Origin: Candidatus Saccharimonadota bacterium
GTDB taxonomy: Bacteria > Patescibacteriota > Gracilibacteria > BD1-5 > UBA6164
Direction of reading: 5' to 3'
Length of the DNA stretch: 32,000 nucleotides
Assembly: GCA_965229705.1 (NCBI GenBank)
Contig: OZ245922.1
Span: forward strand, 750,001-782,000
Positions 1 to 12,469 of this stretch are shown in pieces. The position numbers were made by a program, and so were the translations under genes. The notes under the pieces were generated by a model. The model worked only from the letters and a program-made list of their open reading frames with translations. It searched no databases and was not told the origin of the DNA. How positions within the stretch are numbered: position 1 is the stretch's first letter; every line of letters starts with the position of its first letter.

Positions 1-3000
1 TCCATTGAAAAAAGTATTTTGTGATGACTTTTGTACAAGAGGAGCTCATGAAATATGATTTTCTGATGTTTCTGGCGCTGATGAATAATTATCTTTATAA
101 TAGAGCGTCCCTGATGAAAAGTATAAAATATCTTCATCGCCATCATTATCCATATCTTTCATATATGGTTCTTCATCACCATCAAGAAAATCTGTATAGT
201 CAAAGAGCTGATAGTTTTTATCTTCTTCCACCACATATATTCACTCATACTGATAATCTGTCGCAGCATCTGGTCGACAACTGGCTCAGTGTGTTTCTCA
301 TCACTGTGTTCAAGATGAGTCTTGCGCAAAGAGTCTTCGCTCATCAATAAATTTTTCTATGGTTCTGGTTTCTTGCTTGAGCTCTGATTCGAGCTGTGTC
401 GTAAAATGGTCTTCACCATCAGCAAGGGCAATAATACTCTCTAAACTTCGGCTATTATATGGAGCAAGCTGATGTTTGTAAATATCGCGTTTGCTGTTCG
501 AAGATTGTGCTCTTATCTGGATAAAACTTTCTGGATTTTCTCTGTTTCTCAGACGCTCCTGAAGTTTTTGTATTTCTTGTATTTCATGAGTGAGAATATT
601 TTGTAAGAGGTCGAATTTTTCTTGATTATGATTTTGGAGGTCTTGTATCAGAGCATCTTCTATCACTGTTTCTCTGTCTCGAACAGATTTCCAGAGATGC
701 TGAAGTTCTTGAGCGCCAGAGTTTGGTTCTCACACACTTGCAATGAGTCCCTGTGATACATGAGTGATAAACTCATCATTATCCATATATATACTGCTGG
801 CATTTGAAAAGTTTTCTAAGAATGAAAGAATTTTTCGGGTAAGTATCCCAGCTATCATCGCTCATACTTCTTCCTTATAAGAGATATCAAACCCTTTTGT
901 ATTTATATTAATATCGCTTGGAGTAGCATTTCGCAGGTTAATATCGGAAGCTCTAATATCAAACATCTGAGTAATGTTATTGGTCATAGCATCAAGTGGA
1001 GCTGTGACTGATCTCATAATCTCGATAAGAAACTCTGTTTCAAACTCAAAATTTACATAGTTCGTAACTCTGATAGCAGAAATAGTAGAGTAGGAGAAAC
1101 TTGGAAATTGAATATCAAGAAAGTCTGTAGGAAGATATCCATTTCGTTCGGTGAGAAAGGCAATTTGATCTCATGCTCGCCACTCAGGTACAAAAGGAGA
1201 TCCTTTGATGAGACACATAGTCTTGATAATCAACTTCATAATATCTAGTACTATCTCCACTGAACCAAAAATCTGCGGTATTTGAGGTGGTGGTGGCAGG
1301 TGAGGGAGCTCTATTGCTGGAAGTACTGGGAGGTCTGGTAGCTCTGGAAGTGTATATATTGGAAGTAGAGGCAAAGATGGAAGAGTCGCTCAAAGTTCTG
1401 GAAATTCTGGCAAAAAGAGATCTGGAAGAGTTGGCAGAACAATAGGACGCAAACTGATATCAAAGTCTGGGAGATATATCGTCATTCATGCTCTGATATT
1501 ATGAAAATCGAGAATAATATCTGGCCAAGATGGAAACTCTATAATAGGAGGTGTTGGTAATACCACAGATATGAGCTGAAAAATAAAGTCTTGAAGATCT
1601 TGTCTCTCATTTTTACATTCTTGACACTCTGCCTCATAACCAATAAATACATCTATAAATAGTTGCCAAGACTTTAAAATGGCTTTTATCAAAATATAGA
1701 GTTCCACCCACGCCTTAAATCGCTGACCATTTTTCTTGAGCCAGTCTCACATGAGGTTTGAAAGGATTTCGATATTATAGAGAATTTGTCATAGCCATAC
1801 TTCTCGGATATTAATGAGACTCGCAAGACGCTCTGGAAATTTTTTATATTCTTCGAGTATCGCAATATTTTGTTCTAGAGATGATATGAGTGCTCATGAC
1901 TGGAGATAGAGCTTGTTACGTATATCATTTTCTCTTTCACATCTTTCTTGCTCTGCAGGAGTTTCTTTGTCACATGCCTTTCAAAGACTCCATTGCTCTG
2001 CTGCTCTTTGTCGTTCATCTTGCCATGACTGACTCGTTAGTTTCCAGTTCAGTATCGTGCGATTGAGCTCTGTTTCATCAATCCACGGAATATTTACCTG
2101 AATTGTTTCTGACTCTATATCAACGAGAGGAATATTTCCAACAAATTCATAAACTTCTTTAATTCCTGAAAGAGTTTCATTACTACTGTTTTTGAGTCCC
2201 TGACCTGTCTGAGCAAGAACCTGCAGCTCTATCATAGAGCACTGCAAGGCGTCACTTCCACTACAATCTAAAGAGTTTTTTTGTTCTTGGAGCTCTCTCT
2301 TCCGCTGAGCATCTGTCTGTCGCTGATCCTGAACACTTTGTTGTTGTATTTCAAAGACCTCTTGTAGTCCATCTCCAAATCAGGCAAAACTATAGTCAAA
2401 TATTCCTCAAAAATCTGGAAGTATCACATATATTTTTGGCAGATTTGTGAGCTTTGAAGTAATCTCATCAAGTTGCTGATCTACCCAGTTCATCATAAAT
2501 CCTGGGAAACCTCCAACAGCTTTATTTTGTACTTGAACAATATCTGAAAAATCTCGATTTCTTATTTTTTCTGTATCGAGGCTCACCGATATTTCAGAAA
2601 CTCCTTGTGATCATCAAATCTGAATAAAAGGTTTTGTCGGAAGATTGTATGTTCCTGAATTTTGAGAAATAAATTTGAGTTCATCGATATAATCTGCATA
2701 CATTTCTTCGGAAACTTCGTCAGTGCTCAGATATGTCAGGTAGTCATCCATAAAGTCTGATGAGAGCTCTGTAGGAGAGTCAAGACTCTCAGAGGACGAT
2801 CCCTGACAGTTTGCATGAAGAACTCAAAAATCTCAAGATCAGGGAAAGCCAAGTCCTCATGGATTTCCAAATCCCTCTTCACATCAAAACAGAGGTTGCG
2901 CGGTAACAATACAGTTCCCTCCTGGTACAAGAGGATATACTCACATAGGGTTGCTATTTCACGCGACAATCGCAGGTCATCAAAAACATACTGCGAGACC

Positions 3001-6000
3001 AAATCCTCCTGTCAGTGTTGGTGTGGCAAACATACGCACAAAGTTTGTTGATGCCCATGTTCATAGCGATCCTCATGCAGACGGAGGTCCACAAAAAGGT
3101 CATGGGACATATCACTGTGAATGCGCTGGGTATACTGATGGAAGACAACAAGGAGAAAGTCAGCAACTCGCCTGCATTCCAGTAAGAGCAGAAAAAATAG
3201 GAACACCCTCATTAACATGCAAACCATCTCCGATAGGTATTCCAAAAAGAGTTGGATCATTTCCCGGAGCAAGTGGTGCCCAGTTGAGTGGATTTGCAAA
3301 ACAACTTCCTCCACCAAATCCACAACTCAGTCACTGAATTAGCTCATCTATCCCTGCGCTGACTTCGTCTATTCCCTCATTGAGTTTTTCAAAAGATCAG
3401 AGTATTCCTCAAGAGCTACTTGGAGTATTATCCATCGAGTCATCACTATCCATGATACCATCGCCATCGCTATCTTGGAACATATCTACAGAAACTTGCT
3501 GGATATATTCGTTCAGCGCTTCTTGATCATCGCTTGGGATAATCGTTCCGTTTTGATCTGTTGTTAGTACTCCTTCGAGATAGTCAGGGATATCATTTTG
3601 ATTACTATCTTGAAATTGTGAGTATTCTTCTCACATATCATGTCCCTCCTCACAGCTTGTTTGTGACTGAGCAAGTGAATATTCTTTTGATCATTCTGAG
3701 CGGTATACTTCGGCATCGTCTCAACAGTTATACTCAGACTGACGTACCCGAACATCTCCATAGTTATCGTCCCCAACTTCTCCTGACTCAAAAAGTCATG
3801 CCTCTATATGAGCATAGGATACTGCGAGTACTTCAAGGTCTATTTCTATTGTCAGCTCTTCTCACGCGTCAAGAAAAAACTCATCTATAAGAATATCATA
3901 GCTTCATACACCTGTTTTGAGTTTTCGACTCTCACTCTCACGAGAACCATCAGTTCACAAAACATAAAAATCATTCCCTACCACCTGAAAATAGTCTGGG
4001 AGAGTATCAGCGTAAGCTATATTATCTTTTCTTTGTGAAGAAGTGTTTGTAAATGATACTTGATAACGAATCACTTCTCCTGTTTGTAATATCTCAGGAG
4101 TATCGTCGATAAATGTTTTTGTGATTTCCAGACCTACATTTTCTCCATACTGACTCAATAAAAAGGAACTCTCTTGCGTAGAAGTATTTAATCTTGGCTC
4201 GTATATGATATGATCATTGTATGCTTGTGCAAAGTCAGAAAACTCTCCATATCCCTGCTGAACAAACACCTCGTCTCATTGCTGATCCGTCTCCTGAGGC
4301 TTAAAGTTTGTCGGAGTATAAGGAAGTGACGCATAGCTGAGCGAAGCAAGAAGAGTATCATCAATACTTTGAATCACTGGAGTATCAATATTTGCGCTCG
4401 AACTTTGGAGAGCGTCTATATTTTCTTCTACCTCCTTGAGGTAGTCTTCAGCAAAATTACTAGTGATATTTGAGCTTTTTTTCGGTTGAACGAGTCCATC
4501 AAAATACACGGCTCCTCCATGTGAAATCGTCTCTTCTCAGAGACTGAGTTGATGCCCATCTCAAAGAAAAGATTTTTCAAAGCGTGGATTATCGGTATCT
4601 CACGCGCCGTAAAATATATATATCTCCCCAGCGTCATCAAGCGTTACAATATCACTTCTACCATCACGATCCATATCAAAAACTGTTGTTTGGATCACTG
4701 ATCCTTTGAGATCAAAATTTTCTTGAATACTGATTCTTTCTAGTTTTTTCCCATCATTATGAAACATCTCTGGAGTCCCTGTATCGCTCACAAAAAATAT
4801 ATCATCATAACTATCTCCAAAAAAATCTCCCGTTTGTAACATGTTCGATGATCCAGCATCAGCAGCGTAGGCATAATTTCTTTGTGCAAGATATCATCCA
4901 TCACCCGTATTTTCTATCAAAAAGAGAAACCCCTGTCTATCTATCATGAGTATGTCTTCATGATTATCAGCGTTATAATCAAAGGTTCGATAATCTATAA
5001 AATCTTCATCTTTTGCAAGAGTTGTTCACAGTGACCTATCAAAAGATTTTTCTGATCCGTCTTGAAAATACTGCTTTTGTGATGGAAGAGAGATAAGGGG
5101 ATCTCCAATATTTATAAGAGAAAAACTTGGAAATATTTGAGTTGCCTCTCAAAGAGAACTTCCAGAACTCAACTCCAAGATCATCGCATTTGCTTCATCC
5201 CAACCAATAGATTGTTCTTCTATAAATTCTCCTCCGAGATTTGCCTCATTATGAAAAATACTTTGTGTTGATGATGAAAGAGAAAAAGGATCTCGATAAA
5301 AGAAGGATACCCCATCTTGACGGTTTTCTCGCTCAGAATAATCTGACGAATACTGCTGGGATTGGAGATGAATGATAACCGTATCTTTTGATATATTGAG
5401 CTTTGTTTCGAGTACTCGCTGGTCTCGAGTAACATCATAAGAAACATCATCTTGTAGTTGTATTTGCATAACTTTTTCACCTCCATGTTCTACAAATAGT
5501 TGTAGTCACTCTCCTGAAAAACTCTTATCAAGACTCAAGGAAGCGCCATTTTTTCTATACATCTTACCACTTTCATCTATCTCAAAAAGCGTTTTTCATC
5601 ATGCGCTTTGCAAGAAATATTTCTCTGCTTCTTGGACTATCTCATAGTCTGATGCGAGCAGTGAAATATCTATCTCTGTCTCTTCTGACAAGAGATAGTA
5701 TACTCGCGCTATTTTTTCTCTGAGAATCGTATTTTGGATATCCAGTATGAGTCTTCCGCTATCATCTGTAAGCAATTGCACATCTATATCTTGAGTGAGG
5801 TCTTCAGAGCTATTGAGAGAGAGACCTCCATTTGGCAAAAAGCTCAAAGTTTCCTCTCACTTTTCACTCTCTGAGAGAAGCGTAGTAGCCCCAAGAGACA
5901 CATTGTCTCTCTCAAAAATCAATGCTCCTGCAAGATAATCTTCCTGGCTAATATCTCCATAAGGACCTCCAAAAAGTATAGAATACACACTATTATAGGA

Positions 6001-9000
6001 CTGCTCCTCGATACTCTGCTTATCCCAAAAGAAGAAAGTTTCTATCTCTCCTGCCCCCTCAGAGATTCACTGAAAATCAATATCTCCAATTTGGAAATCG
6101 ATATTTTCTAGTCACGCATCTGCTTGAAGTTCAAAAAATCATGTCCCCGAAACAGATCCTCCATACACTCGAAATTGAGAAATTCATTTTTCTACTACCT
6201 GGCTGGTATCAGAAAAAGAAATAATATTTTTTGAGTTTTCGTGTACTTGCGCTGATATAGTTGTGGTATTGTCATTGAAAACGGTATTGCCATACTTGTC
6301 TTTGAGCGTTGCTTCTACGAGCGAGACTTCTTGACTACTTGCCTGCATTTTTGTTTTCGAAGCAGCAATATCTATATATACCGGTTCTTCTGGAAGCAGG
6401 GTAATATTCTTGGTGAATATATCATTTCCTCACTCAAGATGAATTTCTAGAGGGATTTCTTCGCCTGCAGTGAATCCACTGATAAAAGAAATCTCTGCTT
6501 TTCCAGCCCTGACCTCTGTATAAGAATCTGTGATTTGGCCATATATACTTGGCAGAGAAGCGTATACTCGCGAATATACATCAGAATATATATTTCCATT
6601 TTCGTCCTGAAACTCTAAGCTATAAAGATACTCTTCTCCTCATACTTTTGCTGCTGCTCCTTTTTGAGTAAGAACAGGTTTGATATGTTCTACTGTTCGT
6701 ATATAGCGAGTTTTTTCATCTATCAATTTCCCTGAGAGATCATAGGCTCGAAACTGTATCGTGTTTTGTCAGGAGGTATCAGTGCTTTTCAAGCCCATAA
6801 GTTTGTATCATTCAATTATATGATACTCTATCTCTGCTGTATCATTTTCTTCAAAAACGAGACCTCCTCACTGGAGTGATATCTCAAGTTTATAGACATC
6901 ACTATTGGCAATATTTCCAAACCCATCTTCCAAAGTCAGAAAGTGTTGAGAAACATTTCCTCCTACCTCCATAATACTCGTTGAAAGACTTGGTTGAATC
7001 ACGCGCGCTTTCTCTGCTCTTATATCTATATTTTGAGAGGCAACAAATCCATCAGCATCTTCAATAATAAGTTCATATATTCATGACTCTTGCGCGGTAA
7101 ATATTTCTTTTGGCTGAGAAACATCTGTTTGTGATATACTGACTTCTTCAAAGATCTTCTCATCTCCTTTATAAAGACTGATACTGAGAGGATAGTTTAG
7201 TCAATTTTTGGCTCATGTAGGAGATATGTTTTGTACATCTACGAGCAGTTTTTCTGAAGAGTTTGAGAGTTGTGAGAGTTCAGAACCCCATTTCTCAAAC
7301 TCAGTATCTGAGCTGTGAATCACATAAATATTTGGACTTTCTGATACAAGAGCACTATTTCAAAAATCTGCGCCTTCTTCATCTGTGAAAGTGCGACTGG
7401 TAGTAGTAATCCTATCTCCTCGTACCTCTATCTTGAGCTCATTACTCTTGAGATTGAGCAGTGTTTGAGCAGTGCTATCTTTGATATCAAGCTCTGCTAT
7501 AAAGTATATATTTGCATCTATTGCTGGGGTAGAAATATAGTTTTGTGACTCTCATCTCATATTTCGTTGAGCTGCTGTAGAATAGCTAATATATTCTTGA
7601 GCTTGAGCTAGTGCTTGATCTCCGGAAAGATCTCTCTGATCTCTATCAAAAATGATTTTCGTATTGGTACCTGTGAGTTCTTGCGTGATATCTTGGGAGA
7701 TTTCCAATCTTTGTAGAAGATAGCGTGTAGAAGTCTGATTGTCAAAAAAGGCCTTTTCTCCATTTTTTTGATATATATCTGCCTGCAAAATTCCTGTGGT
7801 GTTATAGGAGTACTTTGACTGCCTACTTGAAAGTTTGAGAGAACCCCCCTGAAGTTTTTGCTCATAACAGTCCAAAACACCATTTTTGTTTTCATCTGTA
7901 CTACATTTGTCTATTTCTCGAGCTTGTTCGGGAGTAAAACTTGATCCTCGAAAATCATTTTTTGCGATCTGAATCGTTGGAGGAAGCATCTCCTCAAGCC
8001 AGCATATAATGGCAGAGGGCCACTGAGATATATCCACTCCTTCTGGAGGAGCGCAGGAGAAAACAGCTTCTTCTTGTTTTTGCTGCGGCGCTTCAGGTCT
8101 AGAGGCTCTCAGAGCTGTTTGTAAGGTAAGGTTTTTTTCTAAAGTGTTTGTGTATGGATGCGTTGCTTTTTTTTCTGGATCAAAATTGATATACATATTT
8201 TGTGCATCTCCTGGAGCTGAAAAATACGCTATTTCATAATTTGTTTTTGCTTTTGGAAGATGAAAATCATAGTCGTTGCCCTCAAACTCATTGCTCATAT
8301 AATTCTCAAAGAGGAACTGATACTTTGAAGAAACACTGGTGAGATTATTCCAAAATATCGCAAAAACTACTGTATCATAATAAGAAAGTTCTTTGCTTTG
8401 ACCATTTTGTGAAAAAACTTCTTGGGGTTTGTTTTGGAGAAATTTTGTGAGATCAACATCTGCCTCTGGAAATACGCCACTACTAAGAGACTCATACAGT
8501 GCTGTTTCTCACGGCGTGAGTATGGAAGGGTCTGCCTGACGAATATTTTGATTGATACTTTCTGAAACTTGTGAGAGATGCGCTGTGAGAAGTTCTCGGG
8601 CAGAGTCAATATCAACACCTTGCTGAGATGTATGTTTGAGAGAAAAAAGTTGGGGAAAATCTATTCTTTGATAACCCCTATTTTCTCCTCTTCCATTTGC
8701 TCAGATATAGTCGATATACCGCACACTATCTATCGGAAGAGCCGGCGTAAAACGAGACTGTGACTGAAGAGCAAACTCCTCATCTGTTGGTGATGTATGC
8801 AAAATATACGATGGAATAGTCTTATACTGCTTTACTCATTCTACATTTTCACAACTACATACAATTCTCTCATTATCACCTTGTCATGCTGTTCTACAGG
8901 TTTTATCGTGTTGTTTTGAAATAGTATTGGTATCTCCATTGATATTGAGCGTATAAGTGTTACATTCTCCACTTGTTCCATAAGCCTCTAAAAATCTTTC

Positions 9001-10863
9001 TTCATAATCTGGCGTATAGGTAGAAACATTGTTATCTGTTCGACACGACCATGAACCTGACGCCTCATTTCCAAGAACTGGAAGCTGAAAACCCTCAACA
9101 CAAAAATACTCTTCTCGCTCATTTTCATCTTTTCACACCGTTCGTGACTCTTGATACTGCCTATATGTTTCTACATACACTCCCGCATCATAACAATCGA
9201 GAGGAGAAGGTGTTTTTGAGAGATCACTGACAGACTTTGATCCCAGTATATCAAATAGTGGAACTATCGATGAAGAAAGAGAAGCCCCATTGAGTTCAAA
9301 ATCTCCATAGTTTTCACTCTCTCAAACTTTCAGATTGAGAGGAGTATTTCCTCACCAATATCATTTTGTAACTGGCAAAGCTCAACTATCTCCAGAGACA
9401 AATGTATCTCTACATAGTTCGAGGTCAGCTTCGGTATTCTGGACATTATACGCTCTGTTTGCCTCTACGAGATGATTTCCAGAACCTCGATATATACTAC
9501 AGTCAGCTGCTGACTCTAGTTCGTGAGCGATTTTTCCATAATAAAAAGTATGAGATCGTGAAATACATTTGGCTTGTCAGAGTTGCTGCTGTGTCTTTTC
9601 AAGGCGTATAGGAATGTTTCGTGAAAGTCCATTTTTGACTATTTGTGTAATCTCCTCTTCCAGTGCGTCACTGGCATCTTTGAGTATTTGCGTATGTATC
9701 TCATCCAACTGAGAAATCAAAAAAGCAGGGCTATCCATGTTTACTCTCCTTCCTCCCTGGTTGTATCTCCCAGCATTGTATACATTTTTTCGCATCTCTC
9801 AGAGAGAAGAAGCATTAAATGTTTCGAGAAATCTGTTACTGGTATTATTGGTAATATAACGAGACACCACATCTGATGAAGTGTTGGTATCTGGACCCGT
9901 ACTAAAGAGTTCTGGAGAAAGATCTATACCCGCTTTTTCTACCAGTCCCGATATATCCTCATCTTGAGTTCATAGAACATGATTTTTGACTTCTTCTGCA
10001 AGTTCTTGTGAGTATCTGTTATAGATCATATCATCTTTATGCTCACTATACATCTCGTATCCTGCGTATTTTTGATATTGAAGTGCCTCGTTTTCACGAA
10101 ATTGATCATAATAAAATACATAAGGTTCATAGTCTTTCCCCATTTCTCAGACTGTGCCATTGATGATATTTTTTTCTTCCGAAAAAAGTCCTTCTCCCGT
10201 ATAAAAATCATGATTTTTATCAAAATAGTTTTGAATTGCTTCTATATTTCCTTGTCTTGTTCCGGTATTTGGAGAAATAAATCCATGCCATATCTCTGCC
10301 TCAAAAGTATTTGTTGCTTGATCCGCTCTTTGGTATTTTTGATTTTCATGATCAAAGATAAACTGTTTTTCTACAAAATCTACATAGGGTAAAACACTCT
10401 TTGCCGAAGCTCCGTTATCAAATACGAGAGGAAGGGGAATATCCCCTATAAACACTGTTCCTACCAAACGCGACTCAAAGGAAACATCTTCGTGCACTTT
10501 GTATCACTGAAAATATAGCGCCTCACTGAGAGATGCAATATCATATACACTTGCTGTCTTTGGTGTTGGAAATATAGCAACCTTAGTATTTTCTCTATAA
10601 GACTGTATATCTCGAGAATAACGAACAATCTCTGTTTTGAGATCAGGATATATATCTTCCTCTACTATAAGGGCCACGAGGTCATGATATGGTTCATCCT
10701 CAGCGTAGAGTGAGCTGAAAAATACTTCAAAGGGAACTCGGAAAATCAAGCTCAAAAATATGCTCACTATCAATATGCATGAAAGTGTTTTTTGTAGCAG
10801 GGTTTTGGGAAAGAATTTCTTGAGCATCCTCGTGAAAATAAAGGTTTTTGAGAGAATACGCAT
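1..10863 (-). CDS. giant secreted/cell-surface multidomain protein; the C-terminus runs off the window start (at least 3,621 codons visible)
   Basis: One minus-strand frame joins track ORFs 10504..10863, 10147..10497, 9577..9795, 7552..8298, 5599..5847, 5149..5469, 4600..4842, 4276..4509, 3955..4269, 1981..2247, 1486..1707, 1171..1374, 310..666 and 46..234. I walked the frame triplet by triplet. Every interruption is TGA (plus-strand tca). The only in-frame TAA/TAG is tta at 10966-10968, upstream of the ATG at 10861-10863. The N-terminus has a hydrophobic signal/TM segment (TLSCILIVSIFLSLIF...SSLYA). Ig-like repeats appear around 5850-7550 (ATLKDKYGNTV, LTLEDGFGNIA, LEFQDENGNIY). FG-GAP/VCBS-like repeats appear around 4600-4990 (FDMDRDGRSDIVTLDDAGEIYIFYG). 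Other segments: a DUF11-like stretch (EVIRYQVSFTNTS), an acidic Ca-binding-like DSDGDGIMDSDDS at 3427-3477, and LP-rich repeats at 1280-1483. Confidence 0.85.
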
Positions 10864-11017
10864 TCTGTGTCTGAAATCAAGTAAGAAAGTGCTGGAAATA
10901 TCGAGGAGAAAGAAGTTTTTTGTATAAAAAATGAATGTCTTGAGTATAATGTGAAAAAGGTGTTTTTAAGAGAGTTCTGAGACATAAAAAATCTTGCGAA
11001 AGACTCGTCTCACATCC

Positions 11018-11124
11018 TTAAGGAGGATCTGAAAAACAAAAAATTTCTCATCCTCTCTGTCTCTATCGAGCCATCTCTTCTTTGTAAAAGGAGAGAAAAA
11101 ATGAGTTTCTCAGAGGTTCCTTAA
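11018..11124 (-). repeat. copy 1 of a ~105-bp TIR-bounded intergenic element (inverted relative to copies 3-5)
   Basis: The reverse complement reads TTAAGGAACCTCTGAGAAACTCATTTTTTCTCTCCTTTTACAAAGAAGAGATGGCTCGATAGAGACAGAGAGGATGAGAAATTTTTTGTTTTTCAGATCCTCCTTAA. This is near-identical to 21096..21202. It sits between the divergent starts of the giant gene and the A24-like gene. Confidence 0.8.
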
Positions 11125-11146
11125 AATAAGAATAAATTATAACTCT

Positions 11147-12469
11147 ATGCACATAATATCTTTTATAGAAATCTTTTGGTTCTTTTTTCTCTGGATCAAT
11201 ATATATATTGTTTGGAGAGATATAGCGTTTCAAAAGATAGAAAACGCATCTGTATGAATACTTTTTGCGCTATGATGTATATGATTTTTATTTGGAATAC
11301 TGAGTTTTTCATGGTGAGTATTGCTCTGGTTCCACCTTATCTTCTTGTGTATATTTCTCCTCTTTTACTTTGGTATTTGGTGAGCTGGAGATGCGAAATA
11401 TATACTTGTACTGAGTATATTTTTACCTGTAGGAAGTGTTTTTACACTTTTTTGAAATATTGCGATTGTTACCCTCCTGTATCTCATAGTTCATAGTATA
11501 CATCTGTACATCATCAAAAGTCTGTATGATCTCTCTCATGGGAAAAATCTCTTCATGAAAATATATGCCGACCTCAGATCAAAATTTGATGTATTTCTTG
11601 GAGGAGACGAAGCTCAAAAATATCAATGGAAAAACCTGATAGAAAAAATATTCCCCTTCCTTATAGGGTTTTTGATATTTTTTATCATCGTGCGGCTTGT
11701 ACGAATATATGCTCTATGAGAATGGCTCTGAAATGAAGAGGGGTGAAACAAGATCTGACTCCTACTTCAAATCGCAACAGAGTATACAAGTATGATTGTC
11801 TTGGGAATTATTATATGAATATATATCATCTATAAAGCATGCAAGAAAATCTTTTCCTCTATTTTTATATATGTATATACGCGTTTTTGAGTCTCTCAAG
11901 AAACAGCAAGATATATATGACTTATTGTTTCAAGTATCGGACTTATAGGTTTTATATCATACGAATATATCAGTGGCTCGGAAGTGATATGATGATACCT
12001 TGTCATGATATTCAGCGTATATATATTTCTCTATCTTACTGTGCGTCTTCTCATATATCTCCATTATGTTACTTTTCAACTTGCAGAAGTGGTATATAAG
12101 CGTATTTGAGAACTACAAGTTTGAGAGAGGGTAGACAAAGATTTTTTGATTCAAATTTTTGGAACACAAAAAGCCCTCTGATACGGAGAGAAAAAATGAA
12201 AATATGGTCCTGAACCTCGAAATTTTTTTACAAGTATTGAAAATCCTCTCTCTCAAGAAGCCGTTAAAGAGTTACAAAACATTTATCGACTCACAAATAA
12301 TTATCATATAAGACAAAAAACACCAGGATTTCAAAAAATAGAAGCTGTAAAAACCATCAAAAGTTTTGCTTTTTCTCCTTATATATTTTTCGGACTTATG
12401 CTGACCTTGATATATGATGATGTCCTCAAGAGTATTGTGGAGTTTTTTATCCACCTTATCACATCCTAA
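11147..12469 (+). CDS. A24-family (prepilin/preflagellin) aspartic peptidase-like polytopic membrane protein with a long C-terminal extension (440 aa)
   Basis: The plus frame is open from 10988 to the TAA at 12467-12469 once TGA is sense; the first ATG is at 11147. Two A24-type Asp motifs are present: VWRDIAFQKIEN (Asp codon 11219-11221) and GIW-G(TGA)-AGDAKYILVLSIF (GxGDxK, Asp codon 11390-11392). Many hydrophobic segments occur throughout. Confidence 0.7.

Noticed and set aside
2736-3002. 88-aa minus-strand ORF in a different frame from the giant gene, which could have indicated a frameshift or a separate gene
   Set aside because: The giant-gene frame stays open (TGA only) straight through 2247-3955, so no frameshift is needed. 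The alternative-frame ORF is short and has no motifs.
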